Of a DNA stretch of 64,000 nucleotides, positions 50,472 through 62,614 are shown piece by piece. The notes beneath the pieces are model-generated. The model did no database searches and was not told the origin of the DNA. It worked only from the letters and a program-made list of their open reading frames with translations. Source of the DNA: Cetorhinus maximus (Eukaryota); the NCBI RefSeq assembly GCF_964194155.1, contig NC_135894.1, positions 51,274,001-51,338,000 on the forward strand. The letters are read 5' to 3'. Positions within the stretch are counted from its first letter, which is position 1, and the number at the start of each line of letters is the position of its first letter. The position numbers and the translations under genes were made by a program.

Positions 50472-52563
50472 GGTGGATTTGAGCCGGGAGCAGGTTTTGG
50501 GCAGACAGGGTGTTTGTCAAACGTGTACGATGTCATTGGTTTGAGGCCAGGGCTATTTTCACTCCCAGGTGTCAACATTCTGCTGGCCAGCTGCCAAAAT
50601 GGGCGGAAAGAGCTTTGGCATTGGAGGACCCTAGGGTAACAGAGATCCAGATGTTCCTCCTCCTCCTGTCCCCACTTAACTCCTTCCCTGCCAGGGAGAA
50701 TGCAATTAGCTTTGCAGGATTTCATTGAACATCTCTGTCTTGTGGGTCCACCTTCAGTTCCCCATTCCGCATGGATAGCAGCAGTTTGGGTTGGCTGGCT
50801 GATAGGCAACATCAAGGGCATGGCAGAGTGACAGTGGTCGGAGGATGAGTGCTATCATCCTGAGAGAGGACAGCAGGTTTGTGCTCCATGGTGCCACTGC
50901 CACTCCCCAGGGGTGGCATCTCAGCAATCTTTGTGATCTGTTGAAGGACAGATTTCTGGTCTGCTGTAATAACCTGAAGCTTCTTTGAGCACTAATTACT
51001 ATAGCCATGATGGCAGCAAGCATGGATCTCATGACCTCAATCTGAGTTTCCGCACCAGCACTGAGACATTGGGTGAGTTCTGCCACAGCTGCAATGGAAG
51101 CTGAGAAATCAACAACCAGACGGTGCATAATTGGAACCAACAGTGCTGTCATGGAGTTGACTACCACTTCCACACTAAAATTTATGGATCCCAAGTTCTG
51201 CGTGAAGCCCTGTGTCAAGTTGCAGCTGGAGTCAATGTATATGGATGTGCATGACCATTAACATTCTCGTATTTCGCCCCAGCAAAGACCTCTTCTAAGT
51301 CCTCTGTATCGAAACTCATTTGCGGCCTTGCCCTCTGGGGAGCCTGCACATGCATTATCCTTGCTCCCTGGACTGGCTGCAGATCACTTGTGCTGAGTCA
51401 CTGTCACTGTGCAGATCCTGACTCCATAGTTATGCACAATACCTCTATCTGATGGCTGCAAGCATGGAGCTACATCTTCATCAGAGCTCAGATGTAGCTT
51501 TCACGTTTCCTCAAGAGGCTGCAGTGGCAGGCCAGACAGCAGTTCTTGGGTATCTGAGAGCAGAAATGCAGGACAGGCGGGTTGGAGCAAGGGAAGGGTG
51601 ATGCGGTGAAAAGAAAGAGAACAATGGTTACAACGTCCGGAGTTTATGTTTCATGCCAGTTTCGGGATGAGGGTGGGGTAGGATTTGAGAAAGGGTTTAA
51701 AGCAGGAGCATACCATCATCCTCAGTGTACTCAGCAATTACGCGTTGTGCTGTCTCCCCCTCAAATGCTGTGCTTGTTCTGCTCCAGCTCTGCTCTGCTC
51801 ACTCCTGTATTGGGCCAACTTGTCCTGCAAGAGATAGGGAAGAATGTCAGTGAGTGTGTTGTACTATGTTTGGATGTTGTGCTTTCCATAGCTGAATAGC
51901 TGGCCATATGTGGAGAAAGTGAGAGATGGGTATGAGGCTGGCAACATTGGTAGGTTGGTGAGGGTGAGGTTGAGTACCTGGATAGTAGGCCTGAGTCCTG
52001 ATTGCTAGAGATTGCTGAAGGGTGAATAATTAAGCATTAGCAGCTTTGTGGAATGGCAGGTCATAGATCACATATGAAGATACATTCACTGACCTAGACC
52101 ACCTGTGTGAGGTCATTGGTCTTCTTGCAGCTCTCTTGCCATGTCTTCAAGCCAGACTCCAGGAACTGACCTCCCTGATCATCTGCTCCTATTTGCTTCT
52201 CAGCAGAAACATTGCACCTCTCCTCCTGTACTAATGTCTTCAGCACCACATCAGAAAACCCAGGAATGCTCTCTCTTGCCTGTTGCTCCATTTTCTGTGC
52301 TTTTGCTTCCTCCCAAGTTTTCCATAGGCACTCTGCAACAACTTCTGTTCAATGAGTGTAGCACCCCTTTAAGAAGGGCAAGCTGCCTTTGACATGTGCA
52401 GGTTAACGAAACACACATTGACCACACATGCAGTTGTCAGCAGTATGTTCTGCTCTGGGTTACATGCTGAAATCATCACAAATTATCAGCAGGACTGGGC
52501 ATGTGGTGATTGCATATCGCAATTCACCTCCCTGAAAAAGGAACTTAATTAGTTTATCTCCCA
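50472..52563 (-). mobile_element. Harbinger element with a decayed Myb/SANT gene
   Basis: Minus ORF 52094-52291 MEQQARESIPGFSDVVLKTLVQEE...TWQESCKKTNDLTQVV. Exon-3 remnant 50754-51550 resembles 34121-35100. Boundaries approximate. Confidence 0.7.
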
Positions 52564-52784
52564 GGTACCCCAATTTATATCTATACCAGTTTTTCATATG
52601 TGAGCAGCAATGTGAGCTGCCCTGTAAATGAGACCAGGGACATTTTAACTCCCAACTATTAATAACAAGTAATTGTTGGGATTGATTGTCATGGCCATCC
52701 CAAGAGAGTGGAGCAATCCAGGCTGGAGGTGGTTTCAGGACAGCATAGGCCTAAGCTTTCCTTGCAGGCACAGAGGAACACTTC

Positions 52785-53172
52785 TGTTGAAACATATAAG
52801 ATTCTGAAGGGTCTTGGCAGGGTGGACATGGAGAGGTTGTTTTCTCTTGTGAGAATATCTAGAACTAGGGGGTCACTGTTTAAAAATAAGGCGTTGCCCA
52901 TTTAAGACAGAGATGAGGAGAATATTTATCTCTCAAAGGGTTGTGAGTCTTTGGAACTCTCTTCCTCAAAAGGTGATGGAAGCAGATTCTTTTAATATTT
53001 TTAAGGCAGAGGTAAATAGATTCTTAATAAGCAAGGGGGTGAAAGATTATCAGAGGTAGACAGGAATGTGGAATTAAGGTTACAATCAAATCAGCCATGA
53101 TCTTATTGAATGGCGGAGCAGGCTCGAGGGGCCGAGTGGCCTACTCCTGCTCCTAATTCGAATGTTTATATG
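52785..53172 (+). mobile_element. CR1 LINE 3' end
   Basis: VETYKILKGLGRVDMERLF...SRTRG and tail TCAGCCATGATCTTATTGAATGGCGGAGCAGGCTCGAGGGGCCG. Confidence 0.9.
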
Positions 53173-53779
53173 TTTGGATGCTTCTCCTGGGCCTCCCCAA
53201 GGAAAATAAAAATAAAACATATTTGTGTCTCTTCTGGCCAAATTCGCTTCTGGTCTGATTCTCCTGTCACGATTCTCTTCTTATCGCGATTCTCTTCTGG
53301 TCCCAATGCTATTCGGGCATCAATCCTCTTTTGAGCTGAATCCTCTTCTGGCCCCAGTCCTCTTCACTGTTGGGTTGGCAGCTTGCTGCTGGTTTCCACT
53401 CAGGGTGCCGAGTTAAAATTTCAGTCAAGTCCTGATGACATAGTCTGGGTCCAACATGCATATGCTATAAAGGGCTAGTATCTTGAATGGTTGCTCAGGA
53501 GAGTAGATAAATGTCCATACCAAGCAGCTTTTGTTGGCTTAAGGATGGGAAAACAAGATGAGTAATCTTAACTGCCCGTTTAATCAGTTTTCACTCACCA
53601 AGTGTGAGATAAGGGAGTGTGTATGAGATAGAGACAGAGGCTAAGAAGGACCTAAAGGAAAGAGACAAAGATTTGGGATAGGAATAAGTAGCACATAAAA
53701 AAAAATGACTGCACCAGTTGAGATTCTGAAGTTGACTGAAAGTGAAATATTTTGTGGTAAATGAAAGGGAACAAATGAT

Positions 53780-53950
53780 AAGCAGTCACCTCGCTTACAG
53801 ATGCCACTAGCCTTTTGTTACCTCTAAAGTTGTTAGCTCTTGTCATTACACTGATTTCCAATACCTCCTGCTCAAGTTTGGTGAGAACTATGCATGTCCC
53901 TCCCACCATCTCACTTCTTTCCTAGCTGCCGTGCATTATCTTCTCCTGTA
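53780..53950 (-). mobile_element. Isolated Harbinger Myb exon-2 remnant
   Basis: Minus acceptor CCTTTTACAG|GAGAAG, then VGG...LTKLEQEVLEI, like exon 2 at 37859. Confidence 0.5.
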
Positions 53951-54964
53951 AAAGGAGAAAGGAAACCTTTAGTGTCTACAATGTTGACACAAAAAAAGAA
54001 TTCCAGCCAGCTATAAAGAATATAGGGATAATACAAAATTGAATATTTGAAAGCCGAAGAGTAGGAGAGAAAATGACAACAGAAAAGCATTCTAAATACT
54101 AATAAATTAACACTATTACATTTATAGTAAATGCACAGTGAAGGTTTGGTTGGTTGCTAAGATAAACAAAGCTAGTTTGTTGTGAAGAGTGAGGAACTGA
54201 AAACATTTTAAATAATATTGCATTAATTTTCATAGAAAGACTGTGGACAATAAAATTGTCACACCATCAGAGGAGGGTGTAGAACAGGTTATAGGGATTT
54301 GATGAATGATTTCCAATAACCATAAGTGTCTTTCTCTGTGTCACATGGGACTCCAGTCACTATTGGCATTAACCCCATTGATCACAGTTTTTCTAGGGTT
54401 TCTTGGTACCATAATCAATTGAGTGCCAAGTTAAGGTCGATAGCTATTCTTATCTCTCCTGATATTCAGTAGCCTTCAAAATGCTGGATAGTTGTCAAAA
54501 CCTAATTCTCTGGGAGAAACATAGCCCTGGCTCTGGTTGCCCATAATGCTGTCGGAGGAAATTGGGCAGAACAAGGTCATTAAAAATGAACTATGTCATT
54601 CCAAATTGTAGTTTTGGAGATTCTGTAAAGAAAACATGATGTCATACCAAGTTAATTAACAATAAATCTTATTAATCACATGGCTGAAATAAATTGCAGA
54701 ATACATGAAAGTACTGCCCACAATTGAAATAGTACAAATGGACACTGGGCTGGAAACTTTTTTTTAAGTTCTCACCTCGCTGTCAATTGACCCAGAGATT
54801 TACAGGTTTGTCAGCATAGCGGTGGAAGGTCTTGAATATGAGGAGAAAGAATTACACCAGAGTGCATAAGGAGTGTGAAAGGCACAGCAGGTTGGCATGG
54901 GGGATGGTGGGAAAAACTGGAAGGAATGTACTGAACCATCTCCTGACAACAAAAGTTTGAGAGA

Positions 54965-55360
54965 GCTCTAATAGAGCAATCCCTATTTCACCCTGAATCT
55001 GAAGGAACTTGGCAGTGTGGAAGCTGAGAGGATGTTTCCCATTGGAGAGTCTAGAACAAAGGTACACAGCTAAAAATTAGGGATCTCCCATTTAAGACAA
55101 AGATGGGGAGATTTTCTTTTCACTCAGACGTTCGTTAGTCTGTGGAATTCTCTTTCCCAAAGAGCAGTGGAAGCTGGGTCAATGAATATATTCAAGGCTG
55201 AGTTAGACAGATACTTGATAGACAGAAGAGTTAAAGGTTATGGGGGATAGACAAGAAATTGAAGTTGAGGCCATAATCAAATCAGCCATGATCTTATTGA
55301 AAGGTGGAGCAGGCTCGAGGGGCTGATGATCCTACATTTGCTCCCAATTCTTGTGTTATT
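54965..55360 (+). mobile_element. CR1 LINE 3' end
   Basis: Collinear with 52785-53172. Confidence 0.85.
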
Positions 55361-55975
55361 TTCTTGTATTCACATGAATATGCTTCCCTGTTACGAGAGA
55401 TGTGGGTGGAAGGACCATTTTTGCTTTTGCCAGCATCTGAATGTATTAGCTTCTGTTTGCGAGCTTGACAATGTGGAGGAAAAAAATGCAGAGCAGTCTC
55501 AATAGGTTAGATGGCCTACTCCTGCTCCTGTTTCCTATTATTTCCCCTAATATGGTGTCAGTTTCAACACAGTACCCTCTCCAGGAGATCAGTGACACAT
55601 GTGAGCAGAGCATGAAACAGTGAGGCTCTTTAACTGCTCAGATTAAAGAATCTTCAATGAGACATGCTTGATCCAAACCAGGAAGTAGAAAGCAAGAAAT
55701 ATAAATTAGTGTTAAATGATGTAGAGAAAACAAAATAAAGATTGGGAAATACAAATGGGTTTAAGGGAGAGAAATAAACAAAACAGACAGAAAAATTTAA
55801 AAAAAACATTTTTATTTTTTTAAAATCTCCAACGTTAATTTTATTCCAAGGAATGCAACTCCATACTTGTAAATTACTTCTTCAGAGCCAGAAAAGTTGT
55901 GATAATTACTGCTGAACTTTTCATGTTGTTAAAAACTCAAATACCAGAAATGTATAGGTATATGTATCAGGTTTG

Positions 55976-56352
55976 AGGTGGTGGCTTAATAGTATTGTCA
56001 GTAGATTAGTAATCCAGAGACCCAGGATAATGCTCTGGGGACCTGGGTTTGACTCCCACCACAGCAAATGGTGGAACTTGAATTCAATACAAAATCTAGA
56101 ATTAAAAATCTAATGATTACCATGAAACCATTGTTGATTGTCGTAAAACCCATCTGGTTCACTAATGTTCTTTAGGGAAGGAAATCTGCTGTCCTTACCT
56201 GTTCTGGCCTACATGTGACTCCAGAACCACAGAAATGTGGTTGACTCTTAAATGCCCGCTGAAATGCCCTAGCAACTCACTCAGTTCTCAAGGGTAATTA
56301 GGGCTGAGCAATAAATGCTGGTCTAGCTAGCAACGCTCTTATCCCATGAATG
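55976..56352 (+). mobile_element. HE1-type elasmobranch SINE
   Basis: tRNA-like head (GTGGCTTAATAG...GGGTTTGACTCCC), body TAGTAATCCAGAGACCCAGG...CATCTGGTTCACTAATG...TTTAGGGAAGGAAATCTGC, CR1-like tail. Confidence 0.85.
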
Positions 56353-56379
56353 CTGGAATCATAAAAAAAGGAAAGTATT

Positions 56380-56792
56380 AAAAGGCTGGGGCTCTTTTCT
56401 CCTGTAAAAAGAAGGCTCAGGGAGACCTAATAGTGGCCTTATGAAAGGTTTTGATAGAGTGGATACAGAGAGAATGTTTTCCCTTACGGTAAAGAGCATA
56501 CCAGATATCAATATAAAATAGTCACCAAAATATCCAATAGGGAATTTAGAAAAAACTTCTTTACCCAAAATGTGCTGAGAATGTGGAACTTGCTATACAG
56601 GCGGTGGTCAAAGCCAAGGCTATAAATGTATTTGAGAGGAAGATAGACAACCATATGAGGGAGAAGTGAATAGAGGGTCATGATGGTAAATTTAGGGAAG
56701 ATGAGGGCAGCTTGAGTGGAGCAAAAACACCAGCATGGACTGGTTGGGCCAAATGGCCTGATTCCGTGCCATATATCCTACTATGTATGTAA
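56380..56792 (+). mobile_element. CR1 LINE 3' end
   Basis: AGAAGGCTCAGGGAGACCTAATAG...ATGGACTGGTTGGGCCAAATGGCCTG tail. Confidence 0.8.
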
Positions 56793-57065
56793 TTACTCCT
56801 CATTGCACTAGTGTTAACTTTCTCAGCTGTTCTTAGTGCAGAACCAGTGGGCAAGTTTCTCAAGTGCCCACCATTGCAGTTATTTCAATGCCAAGTCTAT
56901 TAGTGAGGAGTAAAACCACGAACCCATGAAGGAGCAACGAACCTCATTAAGCAATTTATAGATTTTTGTTTAACTGCACATGTGTGTACTCCAGAAGTCT
57001 TCTTCCATTATAGTGGTGAACATTGATAGCCTCACTATTATTCTTATCACACTATCTGGGCCAAT

Positions 57066-60000
57066 GGCTGGAATTTTCCAGCCCTGATGGTGCGGCTCCA
57101 TGGTAGGTATGAGTGGACAATATAGTGAGAAAGCCAAATATTGGTTTCATGCCGGTGTGAAACCAGTTTACGATCGTTTGCTTCACCTGTCAATGGCAGG
57201 CCGCCTTTCCCACTGCCAGATGTCAGGAACCTAATTTCTAAGCATTTGCATCTCATCAACTTGCTTGCTCGCTGGAATCATCCCCACACGTCAAAGTTAC
57301 CACCCACATCAGTCAGAAAGCACGCTGGCACAAAACACGTCTTGACAAGTGTGACATGCAGAAGTCAGGACTTACTGTTAGGGCCTTGCTCACATCATAG
57401 ACATCCGAGAAGCAGAAGATGCTGGATCTCTACAGCAACTGATGATCGTCGAGGCTGGGGAGAGGAAGGACCAGCTGTGAGTGGGATAGGGGGGGGCGGG
57501 GGGGGCATGGCGGGAGAGGAAAGTCTAGGTTTGACTGGGAAAGGTGTACCAGGGCGTTGAGGTTGCGGGGGTTGGAGGGAGTGCGGGGGAAGGAGGGTAT
57601 AGTGGAGGAGAATGCAACAACTGGGGAGGTAGGTGTAAGGGGGAGTAAGGTGTAAGGGAAGGAATCCAGGTGGAGGATGGGGTTTTGAAGGGGGAAGAAG
57701 TCCGGTGGGGGAAGGAGTTCGGAGGGGAGGAAGGACTGGAGAGGGAGGAAGGAGTCTGGGGGGAGGAGGGAGTAAGGGTGGGGGAAGGAGTAAAGCTGGA
57801 GGATGGAGTAAGTGGGGGATGTCCAGGTGAAAATGCAAGCGAGGGGTTTGTGAAGTCAATGACTGCCTTCTGGGGAGCGAACTGAGGGTAGGTGTGGTAT
57901 GAGGGAATGTTAAATATGAGAGGGGGCAGAACAGGTTGGAAAGGTATGAGGGTGAGGATGCGACGGTAGCGGTAGAAAGGGTGGCGAGGGTGGTTGGTGG
58001 GGATGAAGAGGCAGACACGGATCCTGGGATGGGAAGGAGGTCGGGGAGGTCAATGTGGATGGGGTGGGATTCTCAGGAAGGTAGGGAATGTACACGTTCA
58101 TCTGGACATCCTGGAAAGAAAAGGGTTCGGGTTGGTAGGTGACAGTGGGAAGGTGGAAGGTGATGCCGGGGCCAGGGGGTTCAACAGTGATGGGGGAAAG
58201 GAAATTGGTGACTGGGAGGAAAAGATGGGGGAGCTGAGAAGAAACCTTACTACAACCATGTTTTTAAAATCAAAAGTGTGAGGAGTCTCCTGTTGGGATG
58301 GCACAGGTGCCGCATGGGAGTTCGGTCAGTGGGTGGGCGGAGCTGCAGGTCAGCTCAGGTGGGAAACTGAAAGAGAACCCCAGCGAGCAGCATTGAAAAT
58401 ACTCAGGACATTGAGATGAGTGTGATGGGGAAGGCATTGTGTGCGTGGGAGAGTGCTTGCAAGAGGCTCCGAAAGGCCCTGCCACACACACACACACTTC
58501 TCCCTCCAGAATCACTCATGATTTGGCTGTGTGCCGATGCTGCCCTGACATCTGCAGGAGGTGTGGAGAGAGCCTGTGCAATGGTTGGCCCTGTTGCCTC
58601 TGATGATTTTGGCATGGGTCCTCTGGAGAGCCGAGGCCTTGAGGGCCCCGGCTTGCTTTGGCTGTCCTGTGGGCCAGCTGCTCCCTCTGCAGTGACAGAG
58701 GATGAGTTTGAGGGGGCCACAGGCAAAAGGGACTCGGAGAGAGAGGACAGCCTCTGAGATTCCTGAATGGATGACATGGGGGTGTCCAGCTGCCGCTCCT
58801 CCTCCCTTCGGGTGACCAAGCCCCAGCCTGACTCCATGAAGGGAAGGTACACCAGGAGGGAAGTCGAGCTGCCCGTTTCCCTCTCGCGTTGCCATTGCAG
58901 GAACTCACTGATGGCTACCTCGATGAGTGCAGTCTGCGCGCATCTCCATTTTCTGCTGGACCAGGGTCCTCATGGCATCTGCCATCCTTCCCATGGAGAC
59001 CTCAATGCACGCACATTTGGGCACCACTTCATCAGACAACAGGTGAATGCACTCCTCCGGCTCACGTGCCACTTTGTTGAGGGCTTCCAACAGCTCTGCT
59101 TGATGTTCCTCCGCCTTCTGCTGACTCTCCACGATGAGTTGGAAGGCTGAATCCAGAGGCTCATCACCTGACTCGGACCTCACAGATACCTTTTCCCCGG
59201 CACTCCTCCTAGAGCCGAGGAGCTCAGCTGAACCTGCCTCCTCCTACTACAGATATGTCCTCGTGCGCTGACCACCAGATTGTGAACCCGAGCCTGCTCT
59301 AGATCTAGGCCCCACCGAGGTGTGTCACTGAGCTGGCAGAGGGCGTGGGTAAGCAGTGTGACAGGTCTTCCAGGCTGCTTATTTCCAGCTCTTCAATGGA
59401 GGATGTGTCCTCTTGGCTGGAGGTGATGACCTGGATGGAGCTGAGGGAACGAACGGCTGGCTGAGGGTGTTGGTCACTTGGCAGAGCTCCCTGTCAACCA
59501 AAGTGGAGATAATTAGTGCATGGCAGCAGAGTCAAAAGCAGGAGAGAGAGCACTCACAGTTGCATTGACAGAGGGATAATGTAGTGCAGGATCCTCAGGA
59601 GGGTGTTGGCCACCGACCTCACCGTCGCCACAGGCATGGTCCTCACCCTCACCATTCAGTGCAATGTTACGCCCCTCAAAGTGAGTGAGGGGCCTAATGT
59701 GGGCCACTCCACCCCCAACCTGGGACCTCTTCCTACTGATGTAAGCCAGCTTCTCCTGTATGAAGAGAGATGGAGAGAATGTGAGCGGGAATTATGGCAC
59801 TGTGTGGGATGTTTGTGTGGTGGGCGGAGCCATGGATGGGATGAGGAACGGAGCTCCAGAGGGTATGAGTCTGATGGAGAAGTGAGGGTGTGTGTGAGAG
59901 TTAGTTTGAGGTGTGAGATCCCTGTGGATTTGTAATGAGTTTAAGAGTGTGTGAGTTGAGAGTGATGAGAAGAGTGACTCACCCTGGTGGAATGGTGAGA

Positions 60001-60480
60001 GCACTCACCCTCTTCCTGAACTGGGTGGCTGTCTTCTTTTGCAGGGTGTTGGTGCTGACTACTGCTGCCATTGCCTCCCATGCTGGATTGGTGACCTTGC
60101 TGCGCCCAAAGTGGAGGCAGCGGGCCTCCACTATCTCCAGTAGGCGGTCGAGCGAGGCATCACTAAATTTTTGGGTCAGCATGTTTCCTCCCTTTGGCAG
60201 CCACCAGTTCCCAGCAGCTTCCTTTCCCTTGAAGAGTGCTAGCTCTGTGCAGGGGTGCCCTTTAAAAATGGTGCCTTGAGTGAGGAAGTGGCATGGTAAA
60301 CGCATGGCAGGAAAATCGGAGGCCGCCTGCCAATGCAATGGCATGTTTCCTGTGACTGCATAATTAATGAGGTGGAAATGGGATGATACAGCGCAAAAAG
60401 CCATTACTGTGGCCGGCAGCTAAAACGTCATTTTTCCCGCCTGCTACCACACTTAGTGCAAATCTGGGGCTATTCTGTCC
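57066..60480 (-). mobile_element. 3.4-kb Harbinger element with a full 3-exon Myb/SANT gene, transposase deleted
   Basis: Termini GGCTGGAATTTTCC...GGGCTATTCTGTCC with an exact AAT TSD. Both ends homologous to 47264-48484. Confidence 0.9.
58510..60183 (-). pseudogene. Harbinger Myb/SANT-coiled-coil gene (NAIF1/MSANTD-like family), 3 exons
   Basis: Exon 1 to 59983 (KFSDASLDRLLEIVEAR...AWEAMAAVVS...KTATQFRKRV; donor GTGAGT). Exon 2 59755-59558 (TACAG acceptor, GTGAGT donor). Exon 3 from 59490 with coiled coil FQLIVESQQKAEEHQAELLEALNKV. Disrupted. Confidence 0.8.
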
Positions 60481-60684
60481 AATGTCTTATGATAGCAACC
60501 AAATTATATTAGCATATTTTGTCTCAGTGTGTTTCACTAGTGTTTGACAAACTGTCAAATTTGAACTGTCTCTAGAAAGAAGTATTATATTGCCATGATT
60601 TGGTACATTTGCTCCCAGAGGACCTAACATTTAGCATCATGTCATGAAGCAGCTGAAGTTTTTGATATATAATAATGATCAAGA

Positions 60685-61650
60685 CTTGGGGATAAAGGCA
60701 TAATTTCAAAGTTTGCAGATCACATAAAACTTGGAAATGTAATAAACAGCAAACAAAATTGTACCAGACATCAGGATGACATTGGCAAACTGGAGAAAAT
60801 GGGCTGACACATGCACATGAAATTTATTGCAGAGAAATGTCAGGTGATACATTTTGGTTGGAAGGATGAACAGAGATAAGACAAACTAAATGATACAACT
60901 TTAAAGGGGGTGCAGGAACAGAAAACTGTGAGGTGTCAGTATGCAAATCTTTGAAGGTGGGGGACAAGATGAGAAGGTTGTTAAAAAAAGCATACAAGGG
61001 GAAAGAAGCCTTGGAGGATCTTGGGCACCACACTTGAGGAAGGATGTCAAGCCCTCTTTTGTGCTTTTGGTTATCGAGTTCGCGTTGTCCTGCAAACGCT
61101 AGCTGCACCCTTGATACTAATACATTCGTTGGTGCTTGAAACAATACAGCCAGAGAGTCCGATTAACTGAACAAACACTGGCGGTCTATTAGAACTAAGA
61201 ACAGAGCACTAACACCATGTATGCTTCTTCAATCATCTCCACCTCTAGACTTATAGTTACCCAAGGAGCCTGCGCTGTGTAGCGATTGATCAATACAGTC
61301 ACATGGTCAACTAACTACATTCTCTTAAAGGTACATAGCACTCCACTTTACCACAGCCTCAGAGAGGATGCAGAAGATTTACAGAACATTACCAAGGACA
61401 TCAGCTATGTGGAGATACTGGAGAAGCAGGGTTGTTCTCCACTTGGAGCAGAGAGAAAAGGTTAAGAGGAGGTTTAATAGAGATGTTCAAAATCATGGAC
61501 ATTTTTGATACCGTCACTAAAGAGGTTTGATAAATACTTGAAGAGAAAATACTCATAAGGGCTGTGGGGACAGGCCTGTGAGTCAGACTAATTAGATAGC
61601 TTTTTCAAATGCTTAATGGGCTGAATGGCTATGTTGTGCCATTGTGTGAT
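60685..61650 (+). mobile_element. CR1 LINE remnant split by a solo LTR
   Basis: ISKFADHIKLG motif near 60705. GATGTCAAGCC|GCCTCAGAGAGG is continuous across the insert. CR1 tail ends about 61650. Confidence 0.8.
61055..61355 (-). mobile_element. Short solo LTR (Gypsy-type)
   Basis: 301-bp insert flanked by GCCC/GCCT (3/4 TSD match). Minus strand starts TGTGGTAAAG. Confidence 0.7.
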
Positions 61651-61654
61651 TTTA

Positions 61655-62600
61655 GGGCCCGAATTTTCAGGCCCTGCAGAACCTGGATACAGTGTTGGAA
61701 AAGGTCCAATGACCTTCTGCACTCTGCCAGGGTGAGTACTGATACCAGTTGGAACCTTGAGTAGATGTCTTCGTTGGTGGCAGCACATGTTGGCACTCAG
61801 GGGTGTGAAATGCAGAGCGCAATGTGGCACATAATCATGTGCCCTGATAGACCATGGCTGGCATGTGTGATGTGTGACAATGTGATGGGCAACTGTACCT
61901 ATGTCTTTGGAGAGGTGGGGGTGAGGTGGGATGCTGAAATGTCCCGCCATGTAGTGGGGGCTAATGAAAGCACTTTATCCCTTACAGGAGAAGAGGAGTT
62001 ACAATGCACTGGAGCAAGGATGGACGGGTGGGGGGTCCAAAACTTTCTCATCCTTAGTCAGGCAGAAGAGTAGGCATTGGAAATGACCTGCAAGTGTGGA
62101 TATTGAAGTAAATGCCCTGAGCGGTCCAGGCAGCAGAACCTCATCTTGAGCAGGCCTACTGGTCCTCTCAATTACTGCCCTTGTGGAGGCATGGCTGCAA
62201 TTGTAGCTCTCCTCGGCTACAGTCCTTGGGTATCTCAGTGGTGTCCACAGCCACCTTTTCAGCAGATAGACTTTGTTCTGCAGGAGCCAACTATCCAAGC
62301 GAGCTGGAGCAATGAAGAGCTTTGGCACCTGGGAATGACAGAGGATGTAGGCATCATGGCGGCTTCCTGGGTACCTGGAACAAACCTACAGTACCCGACT
62401 CTTGTGGTCACACACAATCTGGACATTAAGGGAGTGGACGCCCTTTCTATTGATGAAGGGACCCAGCTCCCCTGCTGGCGCCTTTATGGGCACATGATTG
62501 CAGTCAGTAGTTCCCTGGATGTGGGGAAATCCTGCAATTGCAGCGAAGCCTCTGGCTCACTCAGCCTGGCTGACCTCATTAGTCCCGAAGTAAATGAAGG
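61655..62600 (-). mobile_element. Harbinger element X with a transposase remnant
   Basis: TTA followed by TIR GGGCCCGAATTTTC. Transposase catalytic region on the minus strand. Confidence 0.8.
61990..62580 (-). pseudogene. HARBI1-like transposase pseudogene (catalytic region)
   Basis: GFPHIQGTTDCNH, FINRKGVHSLNVQIVCDH, YPGSRHDAY, WLWTPLRYPRTVAEESYNCSHASTRAVIERT, LKMRF. Confidence 0.88.
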
Positions 62601-62614
62601 TACTTCGGAACGGC

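Noticed and set aside
55976-56060. tRNA gene (also 10940-11011)
   Set aside because: The A/B-box-like heads continue into SINE bodies, and I see no intact cloverleaf.
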